DNA of 64,000 nucleotides, taken from Harriotta raleighana (Eukaryota). The notes beneath the pieces were generated by a model. The model did not search any database, had not been told where the DNA came from, and was given only the letters and a program-made list of their open reading frames with translations. Where the stretch lies: positions 12,690,870-12,754,869 of the forward strand of contig JBNZDD010013729.1 of assembly GCA_050575255.1 (NCBI GenBank). The letters are read 5' to 3'. A program made the position numbers and the translations under genes. The stretch's first letter is position 1. Every line of letters begins with the position of its first letter. This document shows, one piece after another, positions 39,638 through 51,595 of this stretch.

Positions 39638-39840
39638 AATAATAATAATCCTTGCATTTGATATAGTACTTTTCACATCTTATCGACAACTCAAAGCGCT
39701 TTACAGAATATACTGTAAAGTGAATTGACTGTATATTTGTGGGCGAAACTCGGCAGTCAATTGCACACAGCAGTGTCCCACAAACAGTCATTGATTGAAA
39801 TGATCAATTTTATCATTGTGTTTTTTTTGGAGTGGTTATT
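39638..39840 (-). mobile_element. Young SINE 3' two-thirds (a further tail fragment lies at about 39480-39605)
   Basis: Consensus match. Confidence 0.88.
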
Positions 39841-39854
39841 GGTTGAAGGAATCA

Positions 39855-40150
39855 AATATTTAGATGAGACGTTAAACCGTTAAATCGTGGTCCTGTCTTC
39901 TTGTTCGTGTTAAAAGTTCCACTGCACTACACGAAAGGAGAAGACAGTTTCTCCCAGCTTACTGACTAACATTCCTCCAGATAAAATTGGTCACTAACTC
40001 CACAGCTGTTTGTGGGACATTGCTGTGTGTATATTGGTTGTCTCATTCACTCAGAAATTACACACACTCATGCACACTTCACAATATATCCTCAAAAGCG
40101 CTTTGAGATGTCTCAACAATGTGATAAGGCACTCAAATACAATAATTGTT
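39855..40150 (+). mobile_element. Old Deu-domain SINE
   Basis: gatgagacgttaaaccg...gctgtttgtgggacattgctgtgtg...aaagcgctttgagatg. Confidence 0.72.
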
Positions 40151-40585
40151 ATGATATTTAGCATGGCAATAAACTGAAAGAGGAAATAAAATGCCCTGAA
40201 AACATCATCCTGGGCCTCGAAATGTTCCAGCGCGAGCATAACCCCCATGTTCTAGCAAGCCTAAAAAAACTGCTAATCATCGATAACAATAAACTCTAAA
40301 CAAAATTCACTGCTAAAATCTACTTGCAGTGATGTACTCGCAGCCACCCAAAAGGTCAAAATTGAGAACCGGCGGTCCAGAACGAAAATGAGACCACTCA
40401 ATCAACCTGTCTGCGTCTAATTACAAGCTCTGTATACCTGAACATCCTCTATCATTCAACAAGTTATTGGGTGAGATTCTGCAGCAGCTGAAGCAATAGA
40501 AATACAACTAAAGTGTTTTCTTCTTCATAGACTTATACTTCAGGAAAATAATATTAAAATAAAGGTCATGGTGAAAGTCTCCTTT

Positions 40586-40893
40586 AATAATAATAATGAT
40601 CCTTGCATTTGATATAGCACTTTGCACATCTTACAGTGCTTCACAGAATATACTGTAAAGTGAATTGACTGTATATTTGTGGGCGAAACATGGCAGCCAA
40701 TTGTGCACAACAGTGTCCCACAAGAAGTCGTGGATTGAAATGACCAATTTATTATTGTTTTTCTGTTGAGGGATGATTATCAGGCATGTGGAGTAAGAAA
40801 ACTTGCCGAAGGTTTCGCCCTGACCTGCCTGGATTCGAACACAGGTTTCACATTGGTAAGGCGAGTGCTCCAACCACTGTGCTACAGGACTCC
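40586..40893 (-). mobile_element. Young SINE, near full length
   Basis: B-box GTTCGAATCC intact; consensus body. Confidence 0.92.
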
Positions 40894-41969
40894 TTGGAAA
40901 GTGGGCTTTGGGATTGTATAATAAAGTGTGAGCTATAAAAGAGTTTTATGCCTTTTATAGTTCACTGAACCAATTAAGTCATAAACATAAAGTATCAATG
41001 GCAACTGAGGTAATTCTAATAGAATGGACTAAATTCTTTTTATGGCATTCACCTGGAAAACACAGTCATTCCTATTTAGTTTATCTTGTGAAGTTCTTTG
41101 AGTTGTTCTCCCAACATGAAAGATGCTGTAACAAACATAAACTATTATTATTCTTTAAGTCTTTATTACCAACTCAAGTTTAACAGAATACCGCATCCTA
41201 CCACCTATTTACCATCCTCTGTATGACAAAATTTATTGATGCAGTTATTCTGACTGTCCCTGACAGTCTAGTGCTTTGGGACATCCTCCCAATGTGAAAA
41301 AGTAATTTTGTATAGAATTCTATTATAGCGAAAAACAAATTGTCTGACAAATATCCTCAGTTGGACATAAATCATAATACAAGGCCCGATAAAAATAATA
41401 TATATACTTTTTAAAAAGTCCCTTTCCAAAGAGCCAGGTAGAATTGAGAGAAGCAATGGTTAGGGATAGTCTTGAGCAAAAAAAAGCAGATGTAATTTAA
41501 GTACTTCTCTGAACACATTCCAAACATAATAAGTTGGGCTCAACACCATTTGCAGGAAACCCAATTATACGACAGATAGGGAGAAGTGCCATTGTCTTCA
41601 AGGAAGAACATGGGTTCAAATTGATCAGATCAGCCACAGGTCCCGGATGACACAGGTGGATCAATGAAAGATTTAAACCTCCAGACCCTTTGTGAACCTG
41701 AATGCCTTTGGATGCTCTTCAGTGAAACTTTCCAGCAAGAGACAGTGTGGTTGTCACGTGAACCATTAGTTTTGCGAGATCACAAGAAGCCCAGCAAGAG
41801 AAAGAATTTCAAATATAACGGTTGAAAAATATTTCACGAATCGATATAAAGTCACTTCAATCGGTTTCTTCAAAATTAGGTATTTAAATAGTTAATAGCA
41901 GCTCCCAGTAGTGTGGTTACAGATAATAACAATTTTATTTTCTAATCAAATATTCTGTTCAGTCAATGC

Positions 41970-42053
41970 AAACCATTTATTCTGTGAAGCGCTTTGAGAC
42001 GTCTCAAAAAAGTGATAAGGCACTATATCAAACGCAAGGCTATTTTTATTATT
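41970..42053 (+). mobile_element. SINE tail fragment (plus strand)
   Basis: attctgtgaagcgctttgagacgtctc...gcactatatcaaacgcaagg. Confidence 0.8.
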
Positions 42054-43269
42054 GTTCTTAACAACATCAATACAAGAATATAAATTAATACGCCCAGCAC
42101 ATTATTATTTGCAGAAGAAACTCTGCTCCTTGGAAAGTTGTACCTGAAGAAACAGTGGAGAGAGAGGCATACTGAAGAGTGCGAACGACAGAAACCAGTT
42201 AATTAGAAGAATACAACAGAGACTTGGAAAAGCAAATAAATTAATATCAAAGGATAAGCAGAGAAATAAACTTATAAAATGAAGCAGATATTGGAGTTGA
42301 TCACACGGCAATCACTAAAATAGTGATCCTTTTGTGAAGCGATTTTGGTCCATTGTCTTTCCTTGGCGCATATCGAAACACGTGGGAAGGAAAGAAACGG
42401 ATTTTATTTAAATGTACACTGTGGCGACATTTTCATCAGAAATTACAGAGCACTAAATTTGTACAAAAAAACTCATTTCAAACCCAAACTGGAAAATGAT
42501 AGCGATAAGCAAAATAATTGCAGTCCAGCCAATAATATTTTCCGCAGCTGATTTTTATTATAAAAATACTGTTGCCCACAAAAGAAAATTGGAGTTATTT
42601 ATTCATCTCCAGTCAGTTTCTTTGCTGCAATAGACAAAGGAAAGACAAACGAGACTAATATATTATTGGTTTTATCTCATGTGTACACCAAGCCCAGAAG
42701 TATGATGCAGAGTGCAGCTCAAACATATGAGAAGGGTAACTACAGCTGACGTTTTAGCCTGAGGGTACAGAGGAATCTCTTCCAACTGTCTTTTGCCCCA
42801 GTCAGTTAGATTCTTTTCTCTGACCCTTTACTATTTTATCCAGCAGCACTGTTCCTTCATCCCAGCATCAAATATGCTTCAAGCGGTATTCCTGTTGTTC
42901 TTACATTAATACTGGTTTGAGCCTGCCCAAAATCAACAGCCACTTTGCTTTCATATCGACAAAAGCTCCTGAACCTTTCTCTTGCGCTCTTAGCACAGAC
43001 AAAAAGACGCAACTGTCACTTGAGCAGCCACGGCAGTTTTCACAAGGACCGGTCAGAAAATAAACAATTGAGAAATGCATACACTTAATCCAATTACCAG
43101 GTTTTACATCACTTAAATTCTCCAGATTGGCAACGCCACATTACTAAAACAAGCAGAATCGGGCAGAAAACATCAGCCTCAGTCGAGCAGTGCAATTCGG
43201 AGCTTTAGGGCCTCTCCAACACACTAGTATTTACTCCCCTAAACATGGTCAGGTAAGTAATGCTTCTCT

Positions 43270-43615
43270 CCTTTATAATTTTCTCCCCTTTCTCCTGAAG
43301 GCACAAACTCTTGCAAGGTTATGGTGTCAGAGGAACTGACAACAATTCAGTACCTCACATAACAGTCATCACAGAATGTCAGCAGGCTATCTGACCGTGA
43401 ATGCATCTCAAACATGCCTGAATGCCTTTCTCATTGGGCGCCAACCTACACAAACGCATTTTCCAGCAGAGGTCACTGAAGAGTGATCTAGGGAATCGCT
43501 GATGATTTTTCCCCCACCACCACAGCCCAGGGAAGCTGGGACCAATTAGAGCTCTTCTGCTATATAGTCCAGACTGATCAGCTAGCGGCACAGATCAAGA
43601 ATTGAACCTGGAACC
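43270..43615 (-). mobile_element. Second, older SINE-like family (diverged, tRNA-like head)
   Basis: B-box-like GGTTCAATTC at the minus-strand 5' end; 3' part resembles 33710-33960. Confidence 0.55.
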
Positions 43616-43801
43616 ATCTGATAGACTCTATGTCTCAATATCACTTTGCTCCCGTGCACTTACCTTGTGCGGAATGCCAAATTAGTGTGTTTTGCTTAAA
43701 CTTTATATTTTTTTAATGTTTTCAAACCCAAATATGGTTCCCACACATCACCTGTTACTACAAACACTAAACAGGTGGATAGATAACTCTTATTCTGCTA
43801 C

Positions 43802-43900
43802 AAAAACAGAAGTTGCTGGGGAAACTCAACAGGTCAGGTAGCATACATGGAGAAAGGAAAGCAAGTCAATGTTTCTAGTCCAGGACCATTCGTCAGAACT
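43802..43900 (-). mobile_element. Penelope-like element terminal fragment with a hammerhead-like core
   Basis: Minus strand AGTT-CTGACGA-A-TGGTC ctg GACTA-GAAACATT-GACT...ATGCTACCTGACCTG; homologous to 21767-21863. Confidence 0.62.
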
Positions 43901-45441
43901 TGAGCATGTTTGGAGGGAGAGGTTTTTAAGGACGTTGGGGGGTTGGGGGGACGGTGGGGAAAGGCAGGACACTTATCTGTACTGATCATGATGGAGTACG
44001 AGTTACAAAACAATGTTCATTTACATCCGCTGCCCCCTCTCAATGACAGTCTAACCACTCACCAACCTTCACCCCAAGAGAACACTCACTGAAATGCAGA
44101 AGCTCACTTTGTTAACAAATCCATGCCATTTCTTAGGTGGTGTTTCAGCAAATGTTGTACGATAACAAAATCAAGTATTTCTATCTTGAATCAATATGAC
44201 CAGGGCATGGGGCTTGTACAATAATGGAAGCATTTGCACTGGTCATTCACTTTCTGGTTTACAGAAAACTGATACCATCATTATGATAAAACAGACACTG
44301 AAATTTATTTTCCGTCCAGTTTATTAGCTTGGCAACTGACATATATATTGGGTGAATTAACAGAGATGAGTTGAGTCACTCCATCTCTGTTTAACCGTGT
44401 GTTTATTGCCTTTTGCAGTGAAGTGTTAACATCATGCTGAATAAACCTTTAAATTTACAGTGATCAATATGTATTCAATTACCTGTCCAGCTGATATATG
44501 CTTTCTGTACAAAAATACAGTTTCAAAAGCAATGTTGAGATATACTTTCAGGAAAAATAAATCTGCAAGATATTCCACTCTACCGATTTATTTTTCATTA
44601 AAGCAAATCATGTTGTTATTGCTGAATCAAGTTGCTGTTCATATTAATTTGGGAAAATAATTTAATACCCAGCAATAAAGGGTCAACTCAATATCTAGCA
44701 GTAGGTTATAAGCATAGTCCAAAAGCTCCCAGCGGCTTCTAGTTGTTTGTGCATTAGCAGACCAAATTATTCTTTTCATTTTGTGTGGGATTATTATCTT
44801 TGGTGAACTATTCATCTTTGCAGCACAGAGTCTCCAGGGTATGTAAACAGTGCCATGACTATTCTTAGGCAGTAAAGAGATTACAGCTCACACTAACTGG
44901 ATTTTCGCAGCTCTCAAAAACTCATGCAGGATTGCTCTGATCCAAATTAATATGATCCAGTTGAATTTTTCTCCCCATTTTATATAACAGCAGGTCACTA
45001 TCATCTCCGACCATGAGAATGGCTAAACTACTAATGATACCTAGTCCAAATTTGCTTGGTACAAGTCTGTCAAGTGTATGTATGGCTGCATCACTGACCA
45101 CTATTTGTCACAAGCATTTGATGCCAGAAGGTTTTATAATGAATGGATGTCAATGAACGCTTTCGAAGTATATATTCTCTGGACGAATCCTACAAATATC
45201 TGTAAATTCATAGAAGGTTCAGATTGCCACGGAGGCGATTCCTGAACCTAAACTGATATTAACCGAAAACATACAGGTGTACAGGTGAACAAACCACATT
45301 GTTGCGGTGTCATCGAATGCACCAAAAAATTACATTATCTTTATTCCCATATTTTTCGGTGTTTTTCTCCATCATCAAATGTATACTCACAGTATAGAGA
45401 AATTGGTAGCATCATAGATCTGTAAATTATGGTATATGTAC

Positions 45442-45572
45442 AATAATAATACTTCTTATTTGAAATAGCGCTTTTCACATCTTCCAGATGTCTCAAAGCG
45501 CTTCACAGACAGAATATGCTGCAAAGTGAATTGACTGTAGTTTGTGGGTGAAACACGGCAGCCAATTGCGCA
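45442..45572 (-). mobile_element. Young SINE 3' fragment
   Basis: Consensus match. Confidence 0.85.
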
Positions 45573-46555
45573 TATATATATACTATATATTAAGTATATT
45601 TTAAGGAAGGGCAAATAAAGTTTCACTTGTAAAATACAATAACTCCTGTGAAATGCTTTGAGAAGCTTTGACAATGTAAAATAATGATGCAATATATCAA
45701 ATTCAAGTAAGATTATTTTAAAAATAGGAAACACTATCTTTATGGTAGCGTGGGCATGTTGGAACGAGAATACCAAATGAGCTGAAGGGCCTTCTTCATC
45801 TGAATCTCCCTTGTTACGACCCAGCAATGAGAGAATCGGGAATTTAAAACTTAAAAAGAGATGTCTACACTTGAACTTTAATGTCTCCCATGAGATTGTC
45901 ACCTAATCTATTGCAAAATGTTTCTCTGTTATCAAATTATCTGCAACTTCAGGTGGTCACTGCTGAAGATACAGCCATATCACCTGTCTGCACTTCCAGT
46001 TACAAGTCCATTTAAAAAAAACACAGGTTGATCATTCTTTATTTTTGTTGCACACATTACAAATTAGTTCTTACAAGTTGAAGCAAGCTAGATAGATGTG
46101 AAAAAATAGTTTGGGTATAGTGTAAATGAAAATTTGATACAACATCAGTCAGCTTTTGATCTGCTTCAAGTCTCCCGATACAGTGATGCCCCTAAGTGAT
46201 GACCTGAATTCGTCAAATGGTCCCTCCCGTCAAAGTTGCTGAATTTCACACAAAACTACAGAGAAACAATAGCATCGAAGGTGTATCAACCTAAAGTTGT
46301 GCAGGCTCATCCAATGCAGCTAACAGTTCATCTTGCGATTGTCGTCATACTAAAAATAGTAACTAAAATAAAACACGGGATCTGACGAGACCTTTTGTGA
46401 AACAATAGATAATAATAATCCTTGTATAATTAGCAGAGAATAAATTTCTTACTGATCAATCCAACTCTTATATTTTCAAAAAAATGACATGAAGAGCCTC
46501 AAATAAAACACAAATGGGCAAAAAAAAAATTGACACATGTCAGATCAGCCTTATT

Positions 46556-46870
46556 TAATAATAATAATCCTTGCAATTAATTTAGCTCTTTTCACACCTT
46601 ATCGACGTCTCAAAGCGCTTCACAGAATATACTGTAAAGTGAATTGACTGTATATTTGTGGGCGAAACACAGCACAACAAATTGTGCACAGTAGTGTCCC
46701 ACAAACAGTCGTGATTGAAATGACCAATTTATTATTGTTTTTGTTCTTGAGGGATTATCGGCATGTGGAGTAAGGAAACTTGCCCACGGTTTCGTCCTGA
46801 CCTGCCTGGATTCGAACACAGGTCTCACACTTGTAAGGCGAGTGCTCTAACCACTGAGCGACAGGACTCC
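46556..46870 (-). mobile_element. Young SINE, full length and close to consensus
   Basis: Minus strand GGAGTCCTGTCGCTCAGTGGTTAGAGCACTCGCCTTACAAGTGTGAGACCTGTGTTCGAATCC... to an (ATT)n tail. Confidence 0.94.
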
Positions 46871-48584
46871 ACAGATAAAAATAGTAAACATCCACTATTT
46901 CTGCATCAAGTAGCCAACCACGCAGAGCGCCCGGTAGACTTAAAGATCTGATTCCAATTCTTTTGACGTAGGTGTCAACGCAAAACAATTTATTGGACAT
47001 GCCGATATGCCAAGAGTAAACATGCTGTTTAACAGTTCAACCGTTTCCCATGTGACAATGTCAAATGAAACTATAGTACTATGTCAAAGGCAGACTTCCT
47101 TCTTTCCAATCAACCATTTACCCTTTGCCATTGGTGAAAGGCAACAAGATCTCTTTACAATGTCTCGTCTTTTTCAATAAATTTTGCATGAAAACACGTT
47201 ACTCAGGCACAAAGTTGCCTGCTGTCACACTGGAGGTGTGATAAATGTTTAATGAAAACAACACCACACAGCTTGGTGTCAGACAACAGCAATCACACAA
47301 GCCTGCTTTGATCTAAGCAGACACTTAAAAGGGGATCCATGCATGCTTCGTGCAGCAGAACTCTGTAACCTGTATGCTAATTAAATAATATTAGCATAAT
47401 GACTTCCTGCAGCATGTGGGGTGGTGAGGGGGGGGTGGCTGTGAGGGGAGAGAGAAAGCAAGAGTGTTGAAGAAATGACAGGTTAGAAGAGTATAAGCGT
47501 GCTGCCAAAACTGAAAAACTCCTATATTATTTTTTCACCCTGTCAAATACTTGGGGGAAAAAAAACCCACAAGAAAATTAACATAACATGAAAGCACACA
47601 TTAGTCGCAAAATGACAGCCCTCTGCTAAGCACTTACATTTAAGACCTGTTAAACATTACCAATAAATGTCCTGATCTACAATACCATTAGTATTCTTCA
47701 TAAACTAACAAGGCTTCATAATGTGCTCTGAATTATATTTTAATACTACTCAGGTTGAGAGATGTTACAAGGATGCGTCATGTTTCTGAGCATCTTTTTT
47801 TTCTTTCAGGTGTCAACAATACAAATCAACAAAGAATGTTATCAAGGTTTACTAACCTGAGCAACTACCCAAAATTGCCAATGCAGTTTATACATTAAAG
47901 AACAGCTCTTTGTGACAAGTCACTTCTATGCCTTAATTCAGAAGTCACTCTGAATGCCGTATTTCCATGTACTTTTTAAAGCGCGTTCGTTTCTAACTAA
48001 AATGCTTTTTTTTAATAAAAATCTGATTAAGGGAGCTTTGATAATACAATTTATATACTGTTAGGAATAGTGTATTCCCAGCCCCTGAGACCAAATCATC
48101 TAATTGAAAATAGTGCAAAATGGCAGATGGAGATCATTACACATGCAGAGAAGTACAAAGATTCATGAATAATGTTTTTCAAATGATGTACAGTGTAAGT
48201 TATGAAAGTAACCTTGTCGGGGAATGCGTCTGCAGATTTTAAAAAGAATAAACAATCCCAAATAGTCAACATTGGCCGTTAGACCTCCTGCAACCGTGAT
48301 ACTGTTCGAGATCAATCCTTATTACTAAACAGTCATAATGTTCCATCTTGTTGTCGCCTTTGCTCTCATCTCCTCAACTCCCCAACCTGACATCTCTAGA
48401 GCTGCATCAGGGGATGTCAGCACAACCTGAGCAGAGAGTTGGTCTTAAAGGACTTTATTTCAAATCCTGTCATAACTTAAATCCAGCAGCTTTGCACATC
48501 AGGTCTTTACCCAAGTCTTAATTAGAGCATCAAAGGCTGCTGTTAAAGCTCAATCTTTTGCGACATGTTTATTAAAAATATATA

Positions 48585-48653
48585 AAACTGAACCTCGATT
48601 ATCTGCCAATTTCAAGGCCTCTTCAATTATGGCGGGTAACCAAGGTTCCACTG
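48585..48653. mobile_element. Very small Tigger-type MITE
   Basis: TA-aaactgaacctcgattatctgcca ... tggcgggtaaccaaggttccactg-TA, an imperfect 24-bp TIR pair. Confidence 0.6.
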
Positions 48654-49119
48654 TAACTCCTAAAATCTAAATTGATTTTTTTTGTCAATCTTCATCCATT
48701 TCAGTAACAGATATATATATATGGACAGAAATGTATTGGAAAAGTAAAGTATTGTGGGCTCCACAAATCTAGAAATCAATGCAATGATTTATATGAACAT
48801 GTCAATGTTACCAAATTAACTTTAAAACCAATAGGGCCTCAAATCCTATCTGTCCATCCAATGATCTTATTTGAAATGATCACCTCTCTGTATAGTTTGC
48901 ATTAACGTCTTTTGATTCAAAATATTATCAACAGATGCGAAAGAATGCATCAAATCCTTTGACAAATAAGATTGGAAGAAATTTGTTTACATCAAGTTGT
49001 TGTAATCTTGTATACCTTAACACAAAATGGCCGTTGACGCTAAATTCATCACAGAATTGGAATGTAAATATCATCTCTCAGCTTCAACCAATTTCTGGTC
49101 AAGCAGGTAGTCAGGCAAC

Positions 49120-49404
49120 CTTGTGTTGGTAGGCGAGCCTTCAGGCACTGGTGGGTGAGCCTTTAGCCACTCTGCCACCAACCTCTGAAACTCCATCCCG
49201 CAGTCCTCCGCCTCACCTTCCCTGACATCCTTCAAGTCCCGCCTCAAGACCCTCCTTTTCAACAGTCCCATTGGTCACTCCAAATCCCCCTTTTCCTCCA
49301 CCCTCCTTGTTCCCAGCTCAGGTCTGAAACAATGACTGTCCAATGCATTGGGATGTCCTCCTGACGTGAAAGACGCTATAAAAGTGTAATTTGTTATTGT
49401 TGTT
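49120..49404 (+). mobile_element. L2-clade LINE 3' fragment
   Basis: Translates AFSHSATNL*NSIPQSSASPSLTSFKSRLKTLLF; tail gacgtgaaagacgctataaaagtgtaatttgttattgttg. Confidence 0.85.
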
Positions 49405-49969
49405 TTTCTCCCAGGCACAAGTAAGAATCGAAAAGTGCACCAGTTTGATTTGTCCTTTGAATTCTCTTTTATTTCTGGTCAGCCGGGTGTCGGAGTAAAC
49501 CTATCACAATGCTTAAGATTTTCCAAACCAAACTAAAAGTTCTGTGCGTCCCACCTACACATGGAAATTCCAGAGATATTTGTTGGAATACTCTCCCCCT
49601 GGAAGGACTGAACCTGCTTACCTAATTCCAGAAAATATTGGGTCCAGGTTGGCAAGAGCAAAGGATTGTGAACCGAAGTGTCATTTGTGATGATTGCTAG
49701 AGTCTAACCAGCTAAACCTGCTTAGCTTGCTGTAGAGAGCATTGATTGGCAAGCTTTCCCATTGCTTATACAAGATTTGAACTACCCAAGACAGCCACAG
49801 AGGTTTGGGTTGGTACAGTTCTGACATTCCGTCACCAAACACATCATCCTGGAGTTATTTCAGCTCTAAGGAGACCCCAAATACCTCCCCCAAAGGGACC
49901 TTGCCTCTATTCACTACCAACTCCATCTGACCCAAATAAAACTTGGAACCTATGGTGCTAATACACACA

Positions 49970-50238
49970 AATAATAATCCTTACATTTGATATAGCATGT
50001 TTCACATCCTATCGATGGCTCAAAGAGCTTCATGGAATATACCTTAAACTGAATTGACTGTATATTTGTGTGCGAAACGCGGCAGTCAGTTGTGTACAGC
50101 AGTGTCCCACAAACAGTTATGATTCAAATGACCAATTTTTATTATTGTGGGGTTTTTTGGACGGATTATTATTTGGCATGTGGAATAAGGAAACTTGCTC
50201 AAGGTACAGGAACTCCACAAGGAGCTACAGGAACTCCA
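49970..50238 (-). mobile_element. Young SINE with most of the tRNA head deleted and the 5' end duplicated
   Basis: Consensus body, then tacaggaactccacaa twice. Confidence 0.85.
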
Positions 50239-51418
50239 CAAATCAAATAATGAATTGGTCCACATGGACTGAACCACCCAGTCTGAATCCTCAACAATAA
50301 ACGAAAATAAATCATCAGTGCAACACTGTCATCACAAGGGAGGTTCTCACAAGACCTATAGTACAATATAATGTGGGATCAAATACATCAATTAGAAGCT
50401 GTAATGAAAAGTGCCAATTGTATGTGGGGTGCAAGAATCAATAGAGTTTATCTACTGTATACAAGAGTTTATCAAAAATAACCTGCTGTGTGTGATCTGA
50501 CTTCTCAGGCAGGATCACGATTCTCCAGTCTGTGTTCTATTCGTACTTTATTTATTGAATTTGGGGGAGAATCAGCCACAATCAGCAGCAGCTGACTTTT
50601 TTTTTTTACAAGTGATTCACCTACAATTAATATAGCGATCGCTACGAATGTTTTTAAATGCTCATCGGTTGGAAGCGGTACAATGTTTAGGAGCTGAGTT
50701 TTCAATAGGAGACACAATCATTAATCAACTGCGGCTTCATCTTTAACAGTACAGTTTAATCCTGCTCACTAAAACAGTAGAGTCTGCTAACTTGCAGAAA
50801 GAAGTCAGTTATACTAATGATGATGTTAAGCAAGCTAATAAAAGCCCTTGTGAAATTCAGTGCACAGAAATAAACCAAATGATGCAAAAATGATAATTTT
50901 TTTCTTTTATTGCAGAGAATAGCCTATCCATTGTGAACGTCGTGAAGGTAATTATTTGTGGAGGTGGACTTGCTTGTGTCAAAATCACGATCAGTGATCA
51001 GCGCTATTCTTCTGATCCTGGGTGATACAATTATTGGGTGTTTTACTCTTCAGCCAAACCTCATTTAGGAGCAGTGATGGCAACCTCTGACTGCAAGGGA
51101 AGTGAGGTCAAAGTCGCAAACCGTGGTCTCAGTGCAGTAAGTGGAGCACGTGACAAATATCCTCATTAACTGCCATGTGTGGTACTCACTGGTGTATATA
51201 TATCACTGCTCCACAGACCACACAAATTGTAGAATCCAGCATTATAACCAGCACCAATATCTTTAATCAGTTTCAAAGATACCAGTTGCAGACATAAGCA
51301 AGTATGGGGTACTACTTACGCAAGTCTTCATGCTTGAGAGACATCCCAATTTAACAGATTTGACAAACGTCTACATGCATAAACCATAGTACCGTATACC
51401 ATTCCAATTATTGCTTAC

Positions 51419-51595
51419 CCTTTCTTGTCGCTCCTCGATTCTCTTTCTTTTTCTTTATCCCGATCTCTTTCCCTTCCTTTATCTCTACCCTTGCGTCTTT
51501 CTCTTTCATGAGATCGGCTCCTTGTATAACTTCGCCTACGGCCGGAGCGTTCACTGCTTCGACTGTAGGAACGCTGGCGATGTCTCGATTTCGAT
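51419..51595 (-). CDS. RSRC1: RSRC1 internal coding exon (probable exon 4), RS-rich, 177 nt, phase 2-2
   Basis: Minus strand reads tttcacaacag|ATCGAAATCG...GACAAGAAAGG|gtaagc. Translation SKSRHRQRSYSRSSERSGRRRSYTRSRSHERERRKGRDKGRERDRDKEKERESRSDKKG resembles human RSRC1 (RSHSRSSERSS..RSRSRDRERRKGRDK, recalled). CpG-rich relative to flanks. Confidence 0.93.

Larger units (their letters stand above)
21369..51418 (-). other. RSRC1: RSRC1 intron between the two exons (about 30 kb including gaps), GT-AG
   Basis: Bounded by the gtaagc donor and tttcacag acceptor of the two identified exons. Confidence 0.85.

Noticed and set aside
46338-46406. Type-III hammerhead-like arrangement (ATTGTC...CTGACGA...GAAACAAT)
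   Set aside because: Stem II essentially cannot form and stem I is only 3 bp; likely chance.
46795-46870. tRNA-like sequence with A and B boxes (also in other copies)
   Set aside because: These are SINE heads, continuous with the SINE body, not standalone tRNA genes.
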